A DNA stretch of 64,000 bases. It comes from the human T2T-CHM13v2.0 reference genome, Homo sapiens. The DNA lies in assembly GCF_009914755.1 (NCBI RefSeq), contig NC_060926.1; one strand, given 5' to 3'. How positions within the stretch are numbered: the stretch's first letter is position 1; each line of letters starts with the position of its first letter. The notes under the pieces were generated by a model. That model was not told where the DNA came from, made no database searches, and was given only the letters and a program-made list of their open reading frames with translations. Both the position numbers and the translations under genes were made by a program. Below, piece after piece: positions 1-12,699 of the stretch.

Positions 1-27
1 ACCTGTCTCAGATATTTGGGATTCACA
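1..27 (+). mobile_element. Probable 3' tip of an ERV1 (MER4-group-like) LTR cut by the window edge
   Basis: acctgtctcagatatttgggattcaca resembles the recalled ...acctgtctcagata...aca terminus of MER4-group LTRs; only 27 bp visible. Confidence 0.35.
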
Positions 28-364
28 CGTGTAAGAGTTTAATCTTACCCTGTGATTCGAATCTAGTTCCTCATACAAGGGCTCATAGGAGAAAAGTATG
101 TATTTTATTTATTAAATTGCTTTGTCAAGATAAATGAATCATCCATTCATTTGTGTTATAATGCACCATCACAAGTGACTTCAGAGGGAAAGGAATGCAG
201 TGATTTAAGATAAACTCTAATCACAGACAGATGAATGTTCAAATTCTTTCTTTAACAACTACAAGTTGCATAATCCTAAGTTACTTAAACATGATGAACT
301 TCAATTTGATTTTCTGTAAAAACAACAACATATTATTTGCTTCAAAAGGTTTTGTAAGTGGCAA

Positions 365-703
365 AAAAAAAAAATTTGAACTCATTGAGATAGAGAGTAG
401 AATGATGGTTACCAGAAGCTGGAAGGGTAGTGGGAAGGGAGGAAATAAGAAATGGTTAATGGTACAAAAATAGAGTTTGGCGGAAAGAATGAGATCTAGC
501 ACTTGGTAGTACAATAAGGAGACTATAGTTAACGATAACTTATTGTATATTTCAAAACAACTAAAGAGTGTTATTAGAATGCTCCTAACACAAATAAATG
601 ATAAATGTTTCAGGTGATGGATACCCCAGTTGCTTCGATTTGATCATTACACATCGTACGCTTGTATCAAAATATCACATGTACTTCATAAATATGGACA
701 AAA
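365..703 (+). mobile_element. L1MA-type 3' UTR fragment
   Basis: gagagtagaatgatggttaccagaagctgg ... ttgtatatttcaaaa ... gtgatggatacccc ... tgatcattacacat motifs typical of L1MA 3' ends. Confidence 0.85.
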
Positions 704-1309
704 ATGGCTTTGTAAGAATTAAATTGTGTTTAAATCTTTTAGTTGATATATGACACAATATTTTGTCTGGACCTGCTTCCTCTTCTTTAGAATACACCTG
801 CTATTGTTTTTGTACATGCCTTTTATCTTTAGTACATGCCTGTTATTATTGTTCTTTCCATTCCTTCTAAATATCCTTAAGGTACATTTTTGAAGTAGTA
901 TTAAGGTATTTACTTAGATTTATACAAATTTTAGTTAGCATGGATTTATTTCCTAAATTCTGAAAACAAGGCATTAACAAGGAACTGACCTAGGCCAAGT
1001 TCAAATAACTTCTGCAAGCATGGCAATAACTTTCAAAAACTTAAATCTTTTGTTCACTTCCTGAGTCTATTACATTGTTCCTGTAAAAGTAAATAACATG
1101 TAAAATTTTATGTTAAAAAGGTTATTTGTGTCTACTTTGTATTATGTATGGGGCAAGAGGTGATTTACAGACCAAAAAATTATCATTTTTCAAAACGTTA
1201 ACAGAAGTTTCTGGAAGAGAGAACAACTCTAGATAAATATTGTATCATATATTTTAGTAGAGATTCTGTCTTCTTCAGTGGTTTTCATCCTTGCTTTCAC
1301 ATTGGATTC

Positions 1310-1626
1310 ACTTTGACAGCTTCAAAAATGCTGATGTTGTTTTTTCATCATCCAGAATTTCTTGTTCTGTCAGCCTAGTACATGTCCTGGACATTGGGCT
1401 GTTTAATACTTTTTTAGCTGATTTTAAGCTGTACCCAATTTTGAAAGTATCAGCCTCCCCCTTTAAGTTGCATGCCATTTCAACAAGTGTTAAAATATTC
1501 GGGATTCTGAAAATCCCTAAGTCTTCACACTCTGAAATGTCACTTTATTTATTTATGGACAGCTTCATCATATAGTTGGGGAGAAAGCATACGGAAATCA
1601 AGCACTAAATATTTTCATGCATATGC
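1310..1626 (-). mobile_element. Possible decayed Tigger/pogo transposase C-terminal remnant
   Basis: Minus-strand translation gives AYA* and later SECEDLGIFRIPNILTLVEMACNL...KKVLNSPMSRTCTRLTEQEILD, loosely like pogo/TIGD C-terminal motifs (AYAW...DFEGF...LTDxEI); by-eye similarity only. Confidence 0.3.
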
Positions 1627-1648
1627 CAATAAATGTATGTATAGAGAG

Positions 1649-2090
1649 TGTTAAAGCAAACTAAATATGGCCTAAGAAGGATTGCATACTCCTATTTTTG
1701 AGCCCTTGTGGATGAACTGTAAGTAACCTAGCTTAATAGGCAGACAAGATTGAAAACCTAACTTAGTAGTATGCACCCGTAACAATAGCTAGGTCTCGGC
1801 CAATCCAAGCAGCCATACTTCAACCATTCATACACTACTGAGTGTTCAAACTGTGTTCAAATAAGGCATACGACAAGCTGTAACCAATCCAGCCATTCTG
1901 TACCTTGCTTCCAATTTCTGTAAATCATTTCCCTTTTTGTTTTTTTTTTGTCTATAAATCTTCTTCCACTATGTAGCTGTGCTGGAGTCTCTGCGAATCT
2001 GCTCTGATTCTGAGGCTGCCTGATTTATGAATCATTCATTGCTCAATTAAACTCCTTAAATTTAATTTGGCTGAAGTTTTTCTTTTATTA
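1649..2090 (+). mobile_element. 5' LTR (MER57A-like)
   Basis: Starts TGTTAAAGCAAACTAAATATGGCC; contains CCAAT boxes, CTATAAA and ATTAAA; roughly 90% identical by eye to 8557-8993. Confidence 0.9.
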
Positions 2091-2092
2091 GA

Positions 2093-2110
2093 TGGTGTCA
2101 GAAGTGGGAT
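2093..2110 (+). promoter_or_regulatory. Primer-binding site complementary to tRNA-Leu(CAA)
   Basis: TGGTGTCAGAAGTGGGAT is the reverse complement of ATCCCACTTCTGACACCA, the recalled 3' 18 nt of human tRNA-Leu(CAA); 2 nt after the LTR end. Confidence 0.9.
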
Positions 2111-3932
2111 CCAAAGTGGAGCTTCCAGCAACCCCCAGGTGTGCAGAGTGAACATGCAAGGTAGCTGCAGGACCCACTTAGGTCCATTGATTTCAGAGCT
2201 GCTGGGGATTGTGGGTAAGCTCCCTCTTGGATTTCAGAGTTCCACAGATTTGTGTTTTGAGCTCTCCAAGTTTCTTTGAGCAAATTTCTGATCCAAACTG
2301 GGTTTGGAGTCATGACAGAAACTGGACAGGGTCTAGGAATGGATTTGTTTTGGGAATTAACTGGCTTGGATCCAGTTAGAGGCCTCTTACATCTGACTGG
2401 GTCAGAAAGGAACTGGTAGTAAGCAGTAATATGGCAGGGGTTATAAAATTTGGCTTTTGAAAATTCACAGGGATTTTTGTGTTCTACCCCTTTGTTTCAT
2501 TTTATTGTGCAGCTAGGTAAGAAAAAAAAATCACTGGCTAAGTTAATTAAGAGAATCTAAGAGTAAAGCCAATATTTTAGGTAAAAATAGGATCCTTAAT
2601 TTCTGGAAAACTGAGCTCTTTCCAGCTTATACATTAGACCTGGGAGGCAGTGATGTCTAAAGAAATGGCGACATCTTACTAAAAATAACTCACAGTGGAG
2701 TGTTCCAAATGAACAATGCACCACTGAAGTACATTTTTAAATGAAGACTCTCAGTAAAGACCTTTTTGGCTAAAAAGGGATTTGGTACTATGGGATGTTA
2801 ACTGCTATTCTCTTTGAAATAATCTGCCTTGCACTCTTTGCTGACAGCTGTGGGTGACAGAATTAGACATATATAGGATCGTGGGACATGGGGAGATTTT
2901 TTCTCCCTAAGTGGGAAAACTTGAGAGCTGATGGGACTGCAGGAAAGGATCCCTTCACTAGTAACAAGTGGCCACCTGAACTTTTCAGTGTTGCTGAAAT
3001 GAATGGATCTTGCTTTGATCTCCCTGAGCTCTTCACCTTCTGCATCCTGCCACAGGCAATACTTTCCTTTTTCTTCTTTTCCTTTTCTATCTTTTCTGTT
3101 ACTCAGGGTGGCCATCTTGCCCAAAGGCCATGTGTTAAAACTCCTAGTCAGAGGTTGGGTTAAAGATGACAGGGCCCATCTGAGGGTAAATCTAAACCTT
3201 GCCAGTTTGATATTGAGTGCTAAGCAGAGTGGCTAATGTCTATGCTTTATTGCATGTATTTTGCTTTGGCCAGAACAAAAAAAGATCCTTTCCTTTATGA
3301 TGCAGTGTGACCCCAGGGCGATGATGCAGCAAGCTGGGTCACCAGGCCGCTCAGGGAAAGGGAACCTGGAAGTTCCAGGTAGCATGCAGGCAAAAGGGTA
3401 AGAATTTCTTACCAGTCAGATTTCTGGATTCTCTCTCTCTGTGCAAACTCATTGAATAAATGGCAAAAGTCACTGTGTACTTTCTCTGTAAAGTTTTAGT
3501 TAATGTGAAAAAGAATTCTGAGGCTAGTCTCAAGCTTTTGTGAATCTGGTGTATTTTGTGCTATGAATTTGTTTTTCTGTGTGGAGGGATACCTTAGGAT
3601 AAAACATGCCCTTACGATAAAACATGCACTTAGGGCCCCATAAGATCTCTGCTCAAGATGGTCCAGCAATCTGGTCAGTAACAAACTTTGCTGCAGGTCC
3701 CTGAAACAAACAAAAAACTGAATGATGTCTCCATCTTGTTTTATGTCCTTGGGAGTCCGACCTTATAACCATGTGGAGATACTTTCTGTTGGTCTCTGCC
3801 TTCCAGGGAACAGGAATTTTAGGATTCAGGTATTAGTTATCTCTAAAAATTATCTTGAGTAGTTAAAAGTCTTTGAATGCTCAAAATTAACTATTCTAGA
3901 CTCCTTCTGGGAAGTATGATGGCAATTGCCCT

Positions 3933-4004
3933 ATGCTATGGCTCAGTAGTTACGGTTTTTGCCGTATCACAGGGGCAGTCTGGGTTCGATTCCCGGCACA
4001 GGAA
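3933..4004 (+). pseudogene. Degenerate tRNA-Glu-like sequence inside the ERV internal region
   Basis: A-box-like TGGCTCAGTAG (3939-3949); GGGTTCGATTCCCGG (3982-3996) matches the tRNA-Glu T-arm exactly; ends GGAA; anticodon loop degenerate (GTATCAC vs CTCTCAC). Confidence 0.65.
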
Positions 4005-5909
4005 GTAAGTCTTTTTTGGTTTAATATCTGGATAACCTTTTCTATTCTCTTCTCCTCAGCAGACTATCTTAAATTTTTCGTTCTCTGCACCTGGGAGGTT
4101 ACCTTCAGTAAATTTCAAAAGCCAGAAATATTGGCCATTTGGCCTGGCTAAAGTCAGGTAATAAGAAATTTTAAAAGGACTTTATTAAAGAGTGCTATGG
4201 TTAAAAATCAGCTTAATTAAAAGTGGATATTCAAGCTCTAACAGCCTGTACTCCTTGGGAAAAACAAGAGGCACCAGAGAACTTTCCCTGCCCCTGTTAT
4301 TCCAAGGACTCCACCCTAAAACCAATAACCAATTAGGAAACTTAAAAATTGGCAAATGAAAACTCTTACAACTACTGTACTAATCTTCCATCTGTCTGTG
4401 TAATTATACATATGTGTTGCGTGTAATGTTTATATAAACGAGCTCTAATTGGCTTAAATAAAAATAAGCACTTAAATCAAATTATTTTGTCAAAAAAAAA
4501 CCCGAATGCCTTTCAGTTCACGTGACGCTAGCAATTTTTTGCAAATAAAGATAGTTTTAAAAACTGTTGGTAACATTTTTAAAAAGTCTTCAAAATTTAG
4601 ACATCTGGTCTCACAGAGCCATTAGATTCTAGATAAGACCTGGGGACATGTGGAATTAGCCATGTCCCCTAGCTATACAAAGAAGGCTAGAAAGAAAGAA
4701 ATTGTACATAAGAAAGAATCTTGTATGGTTAATTCTTGTCCTAAAGTAAAATGACTGATTGTTTAAAAAGAGGGATATTTAGGGCAAGTCAGAAAGTCCA
4801 AGAGTGTCTTAGATGATCTGTATAGTCAAGAAAGAATTTATGAAAGGAAATTTATGCAAAAAATGTTGAATAACTTAAAGGTGATTAGGCCTCCTAAATG
4901 CTTCATAAAATGCCACTGTGACTCTTAACTGTACAATGTGCCTGCTTTACAAAGTTAGGTAAGGCCTGAGACACGTGGAGTGAGATGCCGGAAAGGGTCA
5001 GACCTAATCTGCATTTGTGTCTGGGTCCTAGGCTCCACACTAGTACACAGTTAAAATTCTGAACTTCCCAAGGTTTTCACCAAAAGTCGCTAAAAGTTAG
5101 CATTGTAACATGTAATCGAGACTACCGAAGAAACGGTTTTACATGCAAGGTGTGTAAGAAAAGTGAAATGTGTTTTTGGTAAACATTATAAGAAATCATG
5201 GGAATGTGAATTTTTTTTTCTGCCTAGATTAAAAGGTTAAAGGATTGTATTAAATTAAATAAAGCTAAAGTTTAAACAAGTTGTGGAAGAATTTATAAAA
5301 ATTAACCTTGTAAAAAATTCTATGTGTGAAAATATTGACTAATTTAAGGGGGTATTATTTGGTTTCTCTGTAAATTGAGCATTGAAATAAAAGCACAGCA
5401 GATTTTCTTAAAGCACTATTCTGTTCTTTAACAAAAATTGTAAGGAGTTATAAAAGGTTTATAAAATTCTTACCTTATGGTCAAACTGATTAAGATTGAA
5501 TACATTCGTCTGTAATGTTTCATTAAGAATTGGGTTTAACATCAATAATGCACTAATGCAACAGTGACATTGGCTTATTTGGTATAAAAATCGTGAGAAG
5601 CATTGTCAAAATAAAAATAATGTTCAATATTCAGGTTATATTTTAGTGAATGATATTAATATATGTTCCAAATTATATGAGATTTCTAAAATTCTAATAT
5701 GTCTGAGTATGTGCTATCGGTCATAAGTAAGATTATTATGTTAAGTTATTTTAGACCATAGAAATAATCAAATTTCCTAGTTTATTGTGTTTTTAACTAT
5801 AATTATTTAAAGTGATTTCCACAGTTAATTGCTTAATGCTGATGCAGTTTCTGAAAACTTCACAAGCAAACAAAATCCTAGAATATGGCGTCTTTTAAAA
5901 GGTTCACGA

Positions 5910-6272
<363 letters not shown>

Positions 6273-6994
6273 CTATTATGGGTAAGAATTCCCCATGAAT
6301 TCCCCAATTCCTCTAGAATTGGACTGGGTAAGAATTCCTGAAATTTTAATAAGAATACTGACTGGTTTATAAAACTGCTAACCCAAGAGAAACAAAATTA
6401 ATTATGTACCAAGAAAATACTTTGCCAGATTATCATGTTAAATTAGCCAATACTAAAATTGTTTAGATATACAATTTGATTAAACTTCAAGGTCTAAGTC
6501 AAATTACCTATGATAATACATCAGTTATTAGTGCTATGCACCTAAATTGGAGAAACAACTGTCGCTCAAGAGGACGTAAGTCCGATGTTAAGTATGGACT
6601 CATGGAGAACCAGGGCGGCCACCTTGTCCTTCTTGAGTTCTTAAAGCTTTTGTTATTAAAGGTCTGCATTCCATGAGTCATCATGGAAAAGATAAAATAA
6701 TCCAAATTAAATATATTGATGTAGTGACTTATACATTGCAGAAATAGTCTAAAAGCAACGTTTGATTCCATATTCCTGGGAAGACAATCAAAGCTTCAGG
6801 TACATTTGGCTACTGAATGGGCCATTTAAACATTTATAAAGGGATTTCATTCGATTTTCATTTTCATTGCATGTTTTCTGGTTGTATAAAAGCTCTCCTA
6901 TGCAAGAGGGCTGATGTTGTAACAGTAGATTATTATGCTACAGTGTATTTTCACCAGGTAAATAAAGCTTTCTATGGTTTACTGAGGACAACCC

Positions 6995-7130
6995 CTTCAC
7001 AGTCTGGAAGCTGAAGATCGTATCTTCTGAGAACGTCAGAGAGAGACTGTCCTCGCCATCCACATTGCAGCACAACTTTGGAAACTTGAACTTTGGGTTC
7101 ATAATCTCACAACGAAGAAGGGTCCCTCCA
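6995..7130 (+). pseudogene. ERV integrase C-terminal remnant
   Basis: Translates LHSLEAEDRIF*ERQRETVLAIHIAAQLWKLELWVHN, matching the gamma-type IN tail pattern HxLxPGDWV...TAAKL...WVH with a stop and an internal deletion. Confidence 0.7.
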
Positions 7131-7498
7131 CACTCTTAGAACTCTACACCCATTGGAACCTTAAGCTAAAACTAACCAGGGAAGGTAAAACTTCCCCAGG
7201 AGAAGATGGCATCCTTGATGTGAACAGCTTTTCCCAAGATCACGGATCAAGACTTTTCTATTACTATGAGACCTCTTAACTTTGAATATTTTTTTCTTCC
7301 TTATTCCCCTACGAACAATAGAAATGGAACACTTATGGGACACACTTTTATTTGTAAAGGAATTTGCAGCCAGCCTTAAACATGAATGAACTTATACTTT
7401 AATAGATAAAAGATGAAGGCCCAATGTAAGTGAGAAACTTTAGTGGTACTTATGTTGCCTCATAATCAGTCAAAACTCCTCTTAACCCACATCATGGG

Positions 7499-7996
7499 TT
7501 AAAGAGAACATTGCCAGGTGGCCTTCACTCTTCTAGATGGACATCATTTGTTAGGTCCTTTTTCCATCGTTTAGAATAAAAGAGACAATAATTAGAAATG
7601 AATCCCTCATAATAGGCTCTATAGCAAATTCTACTATAAAGCCTACGGTTATACAACAGACTTTAAATTCCCTCGTGAAAGTTATGCTGAATAATAGAAT
7701 TAGCTAAACAGAAAAGTACCTGAACAGCCACTGGCCCTTGTGGCCTATGAAGAAATACATCAAATGTAAATTATAAAAATTCAGTTGTAGGTGATTAATG
7801 AAAACACTACTTAGTCAAGCGAGTAAACTCTTCATCCAGCTCATTCTTTAATCTATTTATTTTTGGGTGGTTTGGTTTACGGGGGCCCTGTGTAAGGAGC
7901 ATACTCCAAACTCTTGGTATTTTCCTCCCCATAGTCATAATAATAGTCTCCCTTGCATGCTGTATTCTCTCAAAGGTTTTAAATGTTTGCATGCAG
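7499..7996 (+). pseudogene. ERV env transmembrane-subunit remnant
   Basis: LKRTLPGGLHSSRWTSFVRSFF (cleavage site and fusion peptide); IIRNESLIIGSIANST...QQTLNSLVKVMLNNRI (7588-7701, heptad repeat and start of the immunosuppressive domain); GWFG...RSILQTLG...IIIVSLACCILSKVLN (anchor); stops and frameshifts. Confidence 0.8.
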
Positions 7997-8543
7997 TCCT
8001 CTCTAAAATGTCAAATGGTCTCTCTTCAACTGGAATGACAAAAGCTAAAAGAAATTTGTGACCATGAGGACACCATAACATATGAATGACATGCTGAGAC
8101 TGGAAACCCAAAATGATGGTAACTCAGGGTAGCGCTAAGGCCCTAAGGTCACATTCTCACCTAAGTATGACCCTTGCCGAAAAGGAAGGATTTTTTAAAA
8201 ACAAAATTCTGGGAGGCCATTGTTTTGGACTGAGTTCATACCCTAGGCTCCAACAGATCAAACCAAACAAAATGGAGTCACTTGTGCTAAATGTGACATA
8301 ATCAAACTAAGACTTTAAGGAAACACATAGATTCTGGGACAGATCAGGTTTTGGTTTTCTCCCATAAACAGAACATTCCAGCATGAAGAGATATCCTCTA
8401 CTTAGTCCTTTTTCCCTCCTTACAAAACCCACTGTTCTACTGAGTCCCAGTGGGTTTCAAGACCATATAAGTACATTTGCGATGGAGTTAGTGACATCAA
8501 TGACTAAGGTTTTGGTCAATCTCTGAAAATTGAGAAAATGACC

Positions 8544-8555
8544 AAAAGTGGGGAA
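8544..8555 (+). promoter_or_regulatory. Polypurine tract
   Basis: AAAAGTGGGGAA immediately 5' of the TG start of the 3' LTR. Confidence 0.8.
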
Positions 8556-8556
8556 T

Positions 8557-8993
8557 TGTTAAAGCAAACTAAATATGGCCTGAGAAGGATTCCGTACTCC
8601 TATTTTTGAGTCCTTGTGGATGAACTGTAAACCTAGCTTAATAGGCAGACAAAATTGAAAACCTAACCTGTATGCACCTGTAGCAACAGCTAAGCCTTGG
8701 CCAATCCCAGCGGCCATACTTCAACCATTCATACACTGCTGAATGTTCAAACTGTGTCCAAATAAGGCATACACTGAGCTGTAACCAATCCAGCCATTCT
8801 GTACCTCACTTCCAATTTCTGTTTGTCATTTCCTCCCCCGCTTTTTGTTTTGTCTATAAATCTTCTTCCACCATGTGGCTGCGCTGGAGTCTCTGTGAAT
8901 CTGCTGTGATTCTGGGACTTGCCGATTCATGAATCGTTCATTGCTCAATTAAGCTCCTTTAAATTTAATTTGGCTGAAGTTTTTCTTTCATCA
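8557..8993 (+). mobile_element. 3' LTR (MER57A-like)
   Basis: TG...CA termini; direct repeat of 1649-2090; followed by the TSD AGAG. Confidence 0.9.
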
Positions 8994-9188
8994 AGAGCTT
9001 CAGGAAAAAATAGAGAGCTTAGTTTCCTTGTTAGGATAGTAAAGGGAGAGGTCACCAAGAATATATGACTCGAACTGAGAGGATTTTTTCTTTTAATAAC
9101 TTAATGGCTAGTTTCTTTTTTTTAATGATATATATTTGTTCCTTTAAAAAATAAACAATTTTTAAAAATAAAAATTAAAGTTAAAATA

Positions 9189-9361
9189 GGATGGGTGTCG
9201 TAGCTCACACTTGTAATCCCAGCACTTTGGGAGGCTGAGAAGGGAGAGTCATTAAGGCCAGGAGTACAAGACCAGCCAGGGCAACATAGAGATACCGTGC
9301 TTCTACAAAAGTAAAATAAAACAATGAGCTGGGCATGGTTGTGCACAACAGTAATCCCAGT
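9189..9361 (+). mobile_element. AluJ-like fragment (left arm plus start of right arm)
   Basis: tgtaatcccagcactttgggaggctgag...gggcaacatagagat; truncated at the second taatcccag. Confidence 0.85.
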
Positions 9362-9899
9362 TTGAAACTGCACATAAAAATCACTTTTTTGGTTTACCAG
9401 TCTCAGATTAGGAAAGCTAAACTACTATAAACCTCTCACTACGTAGGAGGAAGTGGGGAAGTTAGGTATGAAAGGAGAATTGAAGGGCCATAGAAAATTC
9501 ATTCCCTCATATGAACGAGTTGGAGATGACAGAGAAATCTGGAAGACAGGCAGTTCCAGCCACCAGGTCAGCATCATCACGGGGAGCTGATGGAATGGCT
9601 CTTTGTGGCTGACGTTCAGGGTGAAAAATCAGGGCGGGCCTGGAGACACCTGCTTAGGAATATCAGCCCTCAGACAGAGAGCTCGATATGTAGCCAATGG
9701 AGCAAACATACAGGGGCCAGGCAGAGGATCTTTGTCCCTTTCTTACTATCTCTAATGAATTATGTTTCTCTGAGCGTGATGACTGATACTCTATTTACAC
9801 CTTCCAAATCTCATAAACAACTCTTCGGCCACTTTAACTCAGAAAGATAACATACGGAGAGCTTTTCAGAAACACAGGGAAAGGTGATTATTTATTTTA

Positions 9900-10965
9900 A
9901 CTGTGAAAGGTAAACCAAGAAACTTATGGGACTTATAATGGAAATTAATGATATTTGGGTAGGCAAAGATTTCTCAGCTACAAAGAATGCTAATCATAGA
10001 GAAAAATACTGGTTGACTGGACTATGTTAACATTAAAAGATTTTATTTACCAAAAAACAACCTTAAGAGGGTGAAAGAAAACTTTGTGAAATATATTTAT
10101 AATATTTATAACACGTGAAAACTCATATTCAGAATATTTAGAGAATTTTTAAAATATAATAAAGAAAAGAGTCCAACCAAAATTTAAACAAAAACATCCC
10201 CTCATGTCACACAAAGAAGTAACATCAAATTGCCAATAAGTATACAAGAAGATGCTTAATCGTATTAGTCAACAAGAAAATGTAAATTAAAACTACAATA
10301 AAATACCACTACATATCCATCAAATTTTCTAAAATTAAAAATAGTCTGGCAATATCATGTGATTGTGAGGATGGAGAACCTTTGAAAGTGTAATATACTA
10401 CTGTTGAGAGTGTATATTTGTACCACTTTGAAATGTTGGTGTTGTCTACCATTTTGCATGTCCACATACATATAATTCATCCAGAAACTTTAGTCCTACA
10501 TATATACTCCCCACAATGAGTGTATATATATTCCAAAAGTGTGTAAAAGGATGTTTCTAACACTATTAATGATAATAGTCTCAACTCACATATCAATCAA
10601 TAGGGAGTGGAATGAATAGATTGTGGAATATATATATGATGGAATATTCTACAGCCATGGAGATGAACAAACTATTAATGCACACAACAGTATAGAATGA
10701 ATAAAAGAAATCTTCTAGAAGAAAAACATTCTATGCAATTTACCACATAGAAAATTTAAAAATCCAAAACTACACTATGATGTTAGAAGTCAAGGTGGTG
10801 GTTTTCTTTTGACAGAAAGGAGTAGTATAGGTGGGGATTGAAGACAGCCTCTGGGGTGCTGATAATTTCCTACTTCATTTGTGGTGTTACACGGATTTGT
10901 TGACTTAATGTACTTTTATTATTTATGCACATATTACACACTTTAGTGATATGTTTGATACAAAT
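9900..10965 (+). mobile_element. Old L1ME-type ORF2 end and 3' UTR
   Basis: aaatgtaaattaaaactacaataaaataccactaca, atggaatattctacagc, tgttagaagtcaaggtggtggtt motifs. Confidence 0.75.
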
Positions 10966-10969
10966 ATTA

Positions 10970-11338
<369 letters not shown>

Positions 11339-11519
11339 TAGTCCTAGAATCACACTCTTTGGACTTAAATGTCATTTCTCCAAAAATTGCAGGTGAGAAG
11401 AAATCAGCTGAAAAAGAATTCATTCAAAGACAAAATAAGCACGAATCCTCACCAGTAGAAAAAAGGCTTGGAAACGCCAAGGAAGTTCATAGAAGGCAGG
11501 ATGATTAAATATAATTAAA

Positions 11520-12655
11520 TGCGCTTTTCCAGAATAACCACGCTTCACTCAAATGTCACCTGCTAACAAAGAAATTGCTTGATTCTCTATCAAAAGTAGC
11601 ACCTCTTTTCTTCCTTTCTTCTTGCTTTGCTCCACTGTTTTCTTCCTAGTACTCATAGACTAATAGCATTATAATAAGATAGGCTTCACTTCGTGTGGCT
11701 CTCATATGCATGGATTTTTCTTACTACAGTTTAGTTAGATAGCAGGAGTCCCCCAACTACATTGACCAAATTTCAGTTTTCATGGGATAGTCACTGAGAA
11801 TAATTACGTAAATAAAAACTTCACCACTACCTCTTCATTGCATAAATCACAAAATCAGTGACATTGAAATAGAATAAAACAGATTTGTAGAAGAAATAGC
11901 TGACCATGGAAATATTGATACTGAGTTGTTTCAGGGACCCTAAACACACAGCGAGAGGAATCTAGTGAAGGCAAATTTATTGGCATAAGTGAGAAAAGTG
12001 GCTATGACAAAAAGAATAAAGATGTCCCAAAGGAAGTGGTGCCAGGAAAAGAAAAAAAAGTTGAAACTTTGCATTAAAGGAATTTCAGAGACACTTCACA
12101 TTATGGAAAACACAAAGGATAGCTTGATGGAAAATGATGCAAACTTAGAAAGAAACATGGTAATTTTTCAAGGTGTAGAAACATGTTCACTCCATTTTGT
12201 AAATTATACAACTTGAAGAAAAGAACACTGTTCAAAACTACTTCTGGTAAGTTTTTTAAAAAGCAAAACACATTAATTCTCAATGTTTTTAATATTTTAT
12301 AGCATACTAGGTGTTACATTTTATACTTTTTATTTTCCTACACATTTAAGGTGGGCAGTAAGACAGTTTTTAATGTTTAGACAAAATTTTTAAAGGTAAC
12401 TGAATAATAATATTTTTTATATTAATTATTGGGGCTTTTTTCTTGTAAGGAGGAAGGGGAGTTGGCACTATCAGGAAAAGCAATTCTGCCTATAGTATAC
12501 TTGTGTTTTTCTTGTTCTTTTGTTGTGCCTTTTGTCTCTCTATAATGTAAGTAAGGTATGAAAAGAAAACTATGACCATCTATTTGGTGTACTGATGAAT
12601 TCCAAGGCCCTGTAGTTAATATTTATTTTGTGGGAAAATAAGTGAATGAAAGAGG
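11520..12655 (+). mobile_element. L2 3' end interrupted by a Tigger element
   Basis: ctcaaatgtcacct...ttttcttcctagtactcat before the Tigger; ...ctataatgtaag...aagtgaatgaa after it. Confidence 0.5.
11678..12425 (+). mobile_element. Tigger13a-like DNA transposon
   Basis: tatgcatggatttttcttactacagtttagttagatagcaggagtcccccaac and gaaatagctgaccatggaaatattga match the recalled Tigger13a consensus. Confidence 0.7.
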
Positions 12656-12699
12656 AACAGTAGGAAGAAAAAAAGTAGATATATGATAATACAGAATTA

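Noticed and set aside
2798-3236. ORFs in the ERV leader as possible gag
   Set aside because: No gag motifs (major homology region, zinc knuckle) recognisable
3933-4004. Functional tRNA gene
   Set aside because: The acceptor and anticodon stems do not pair properly and there is an internal T5; kept only as tRNA-like
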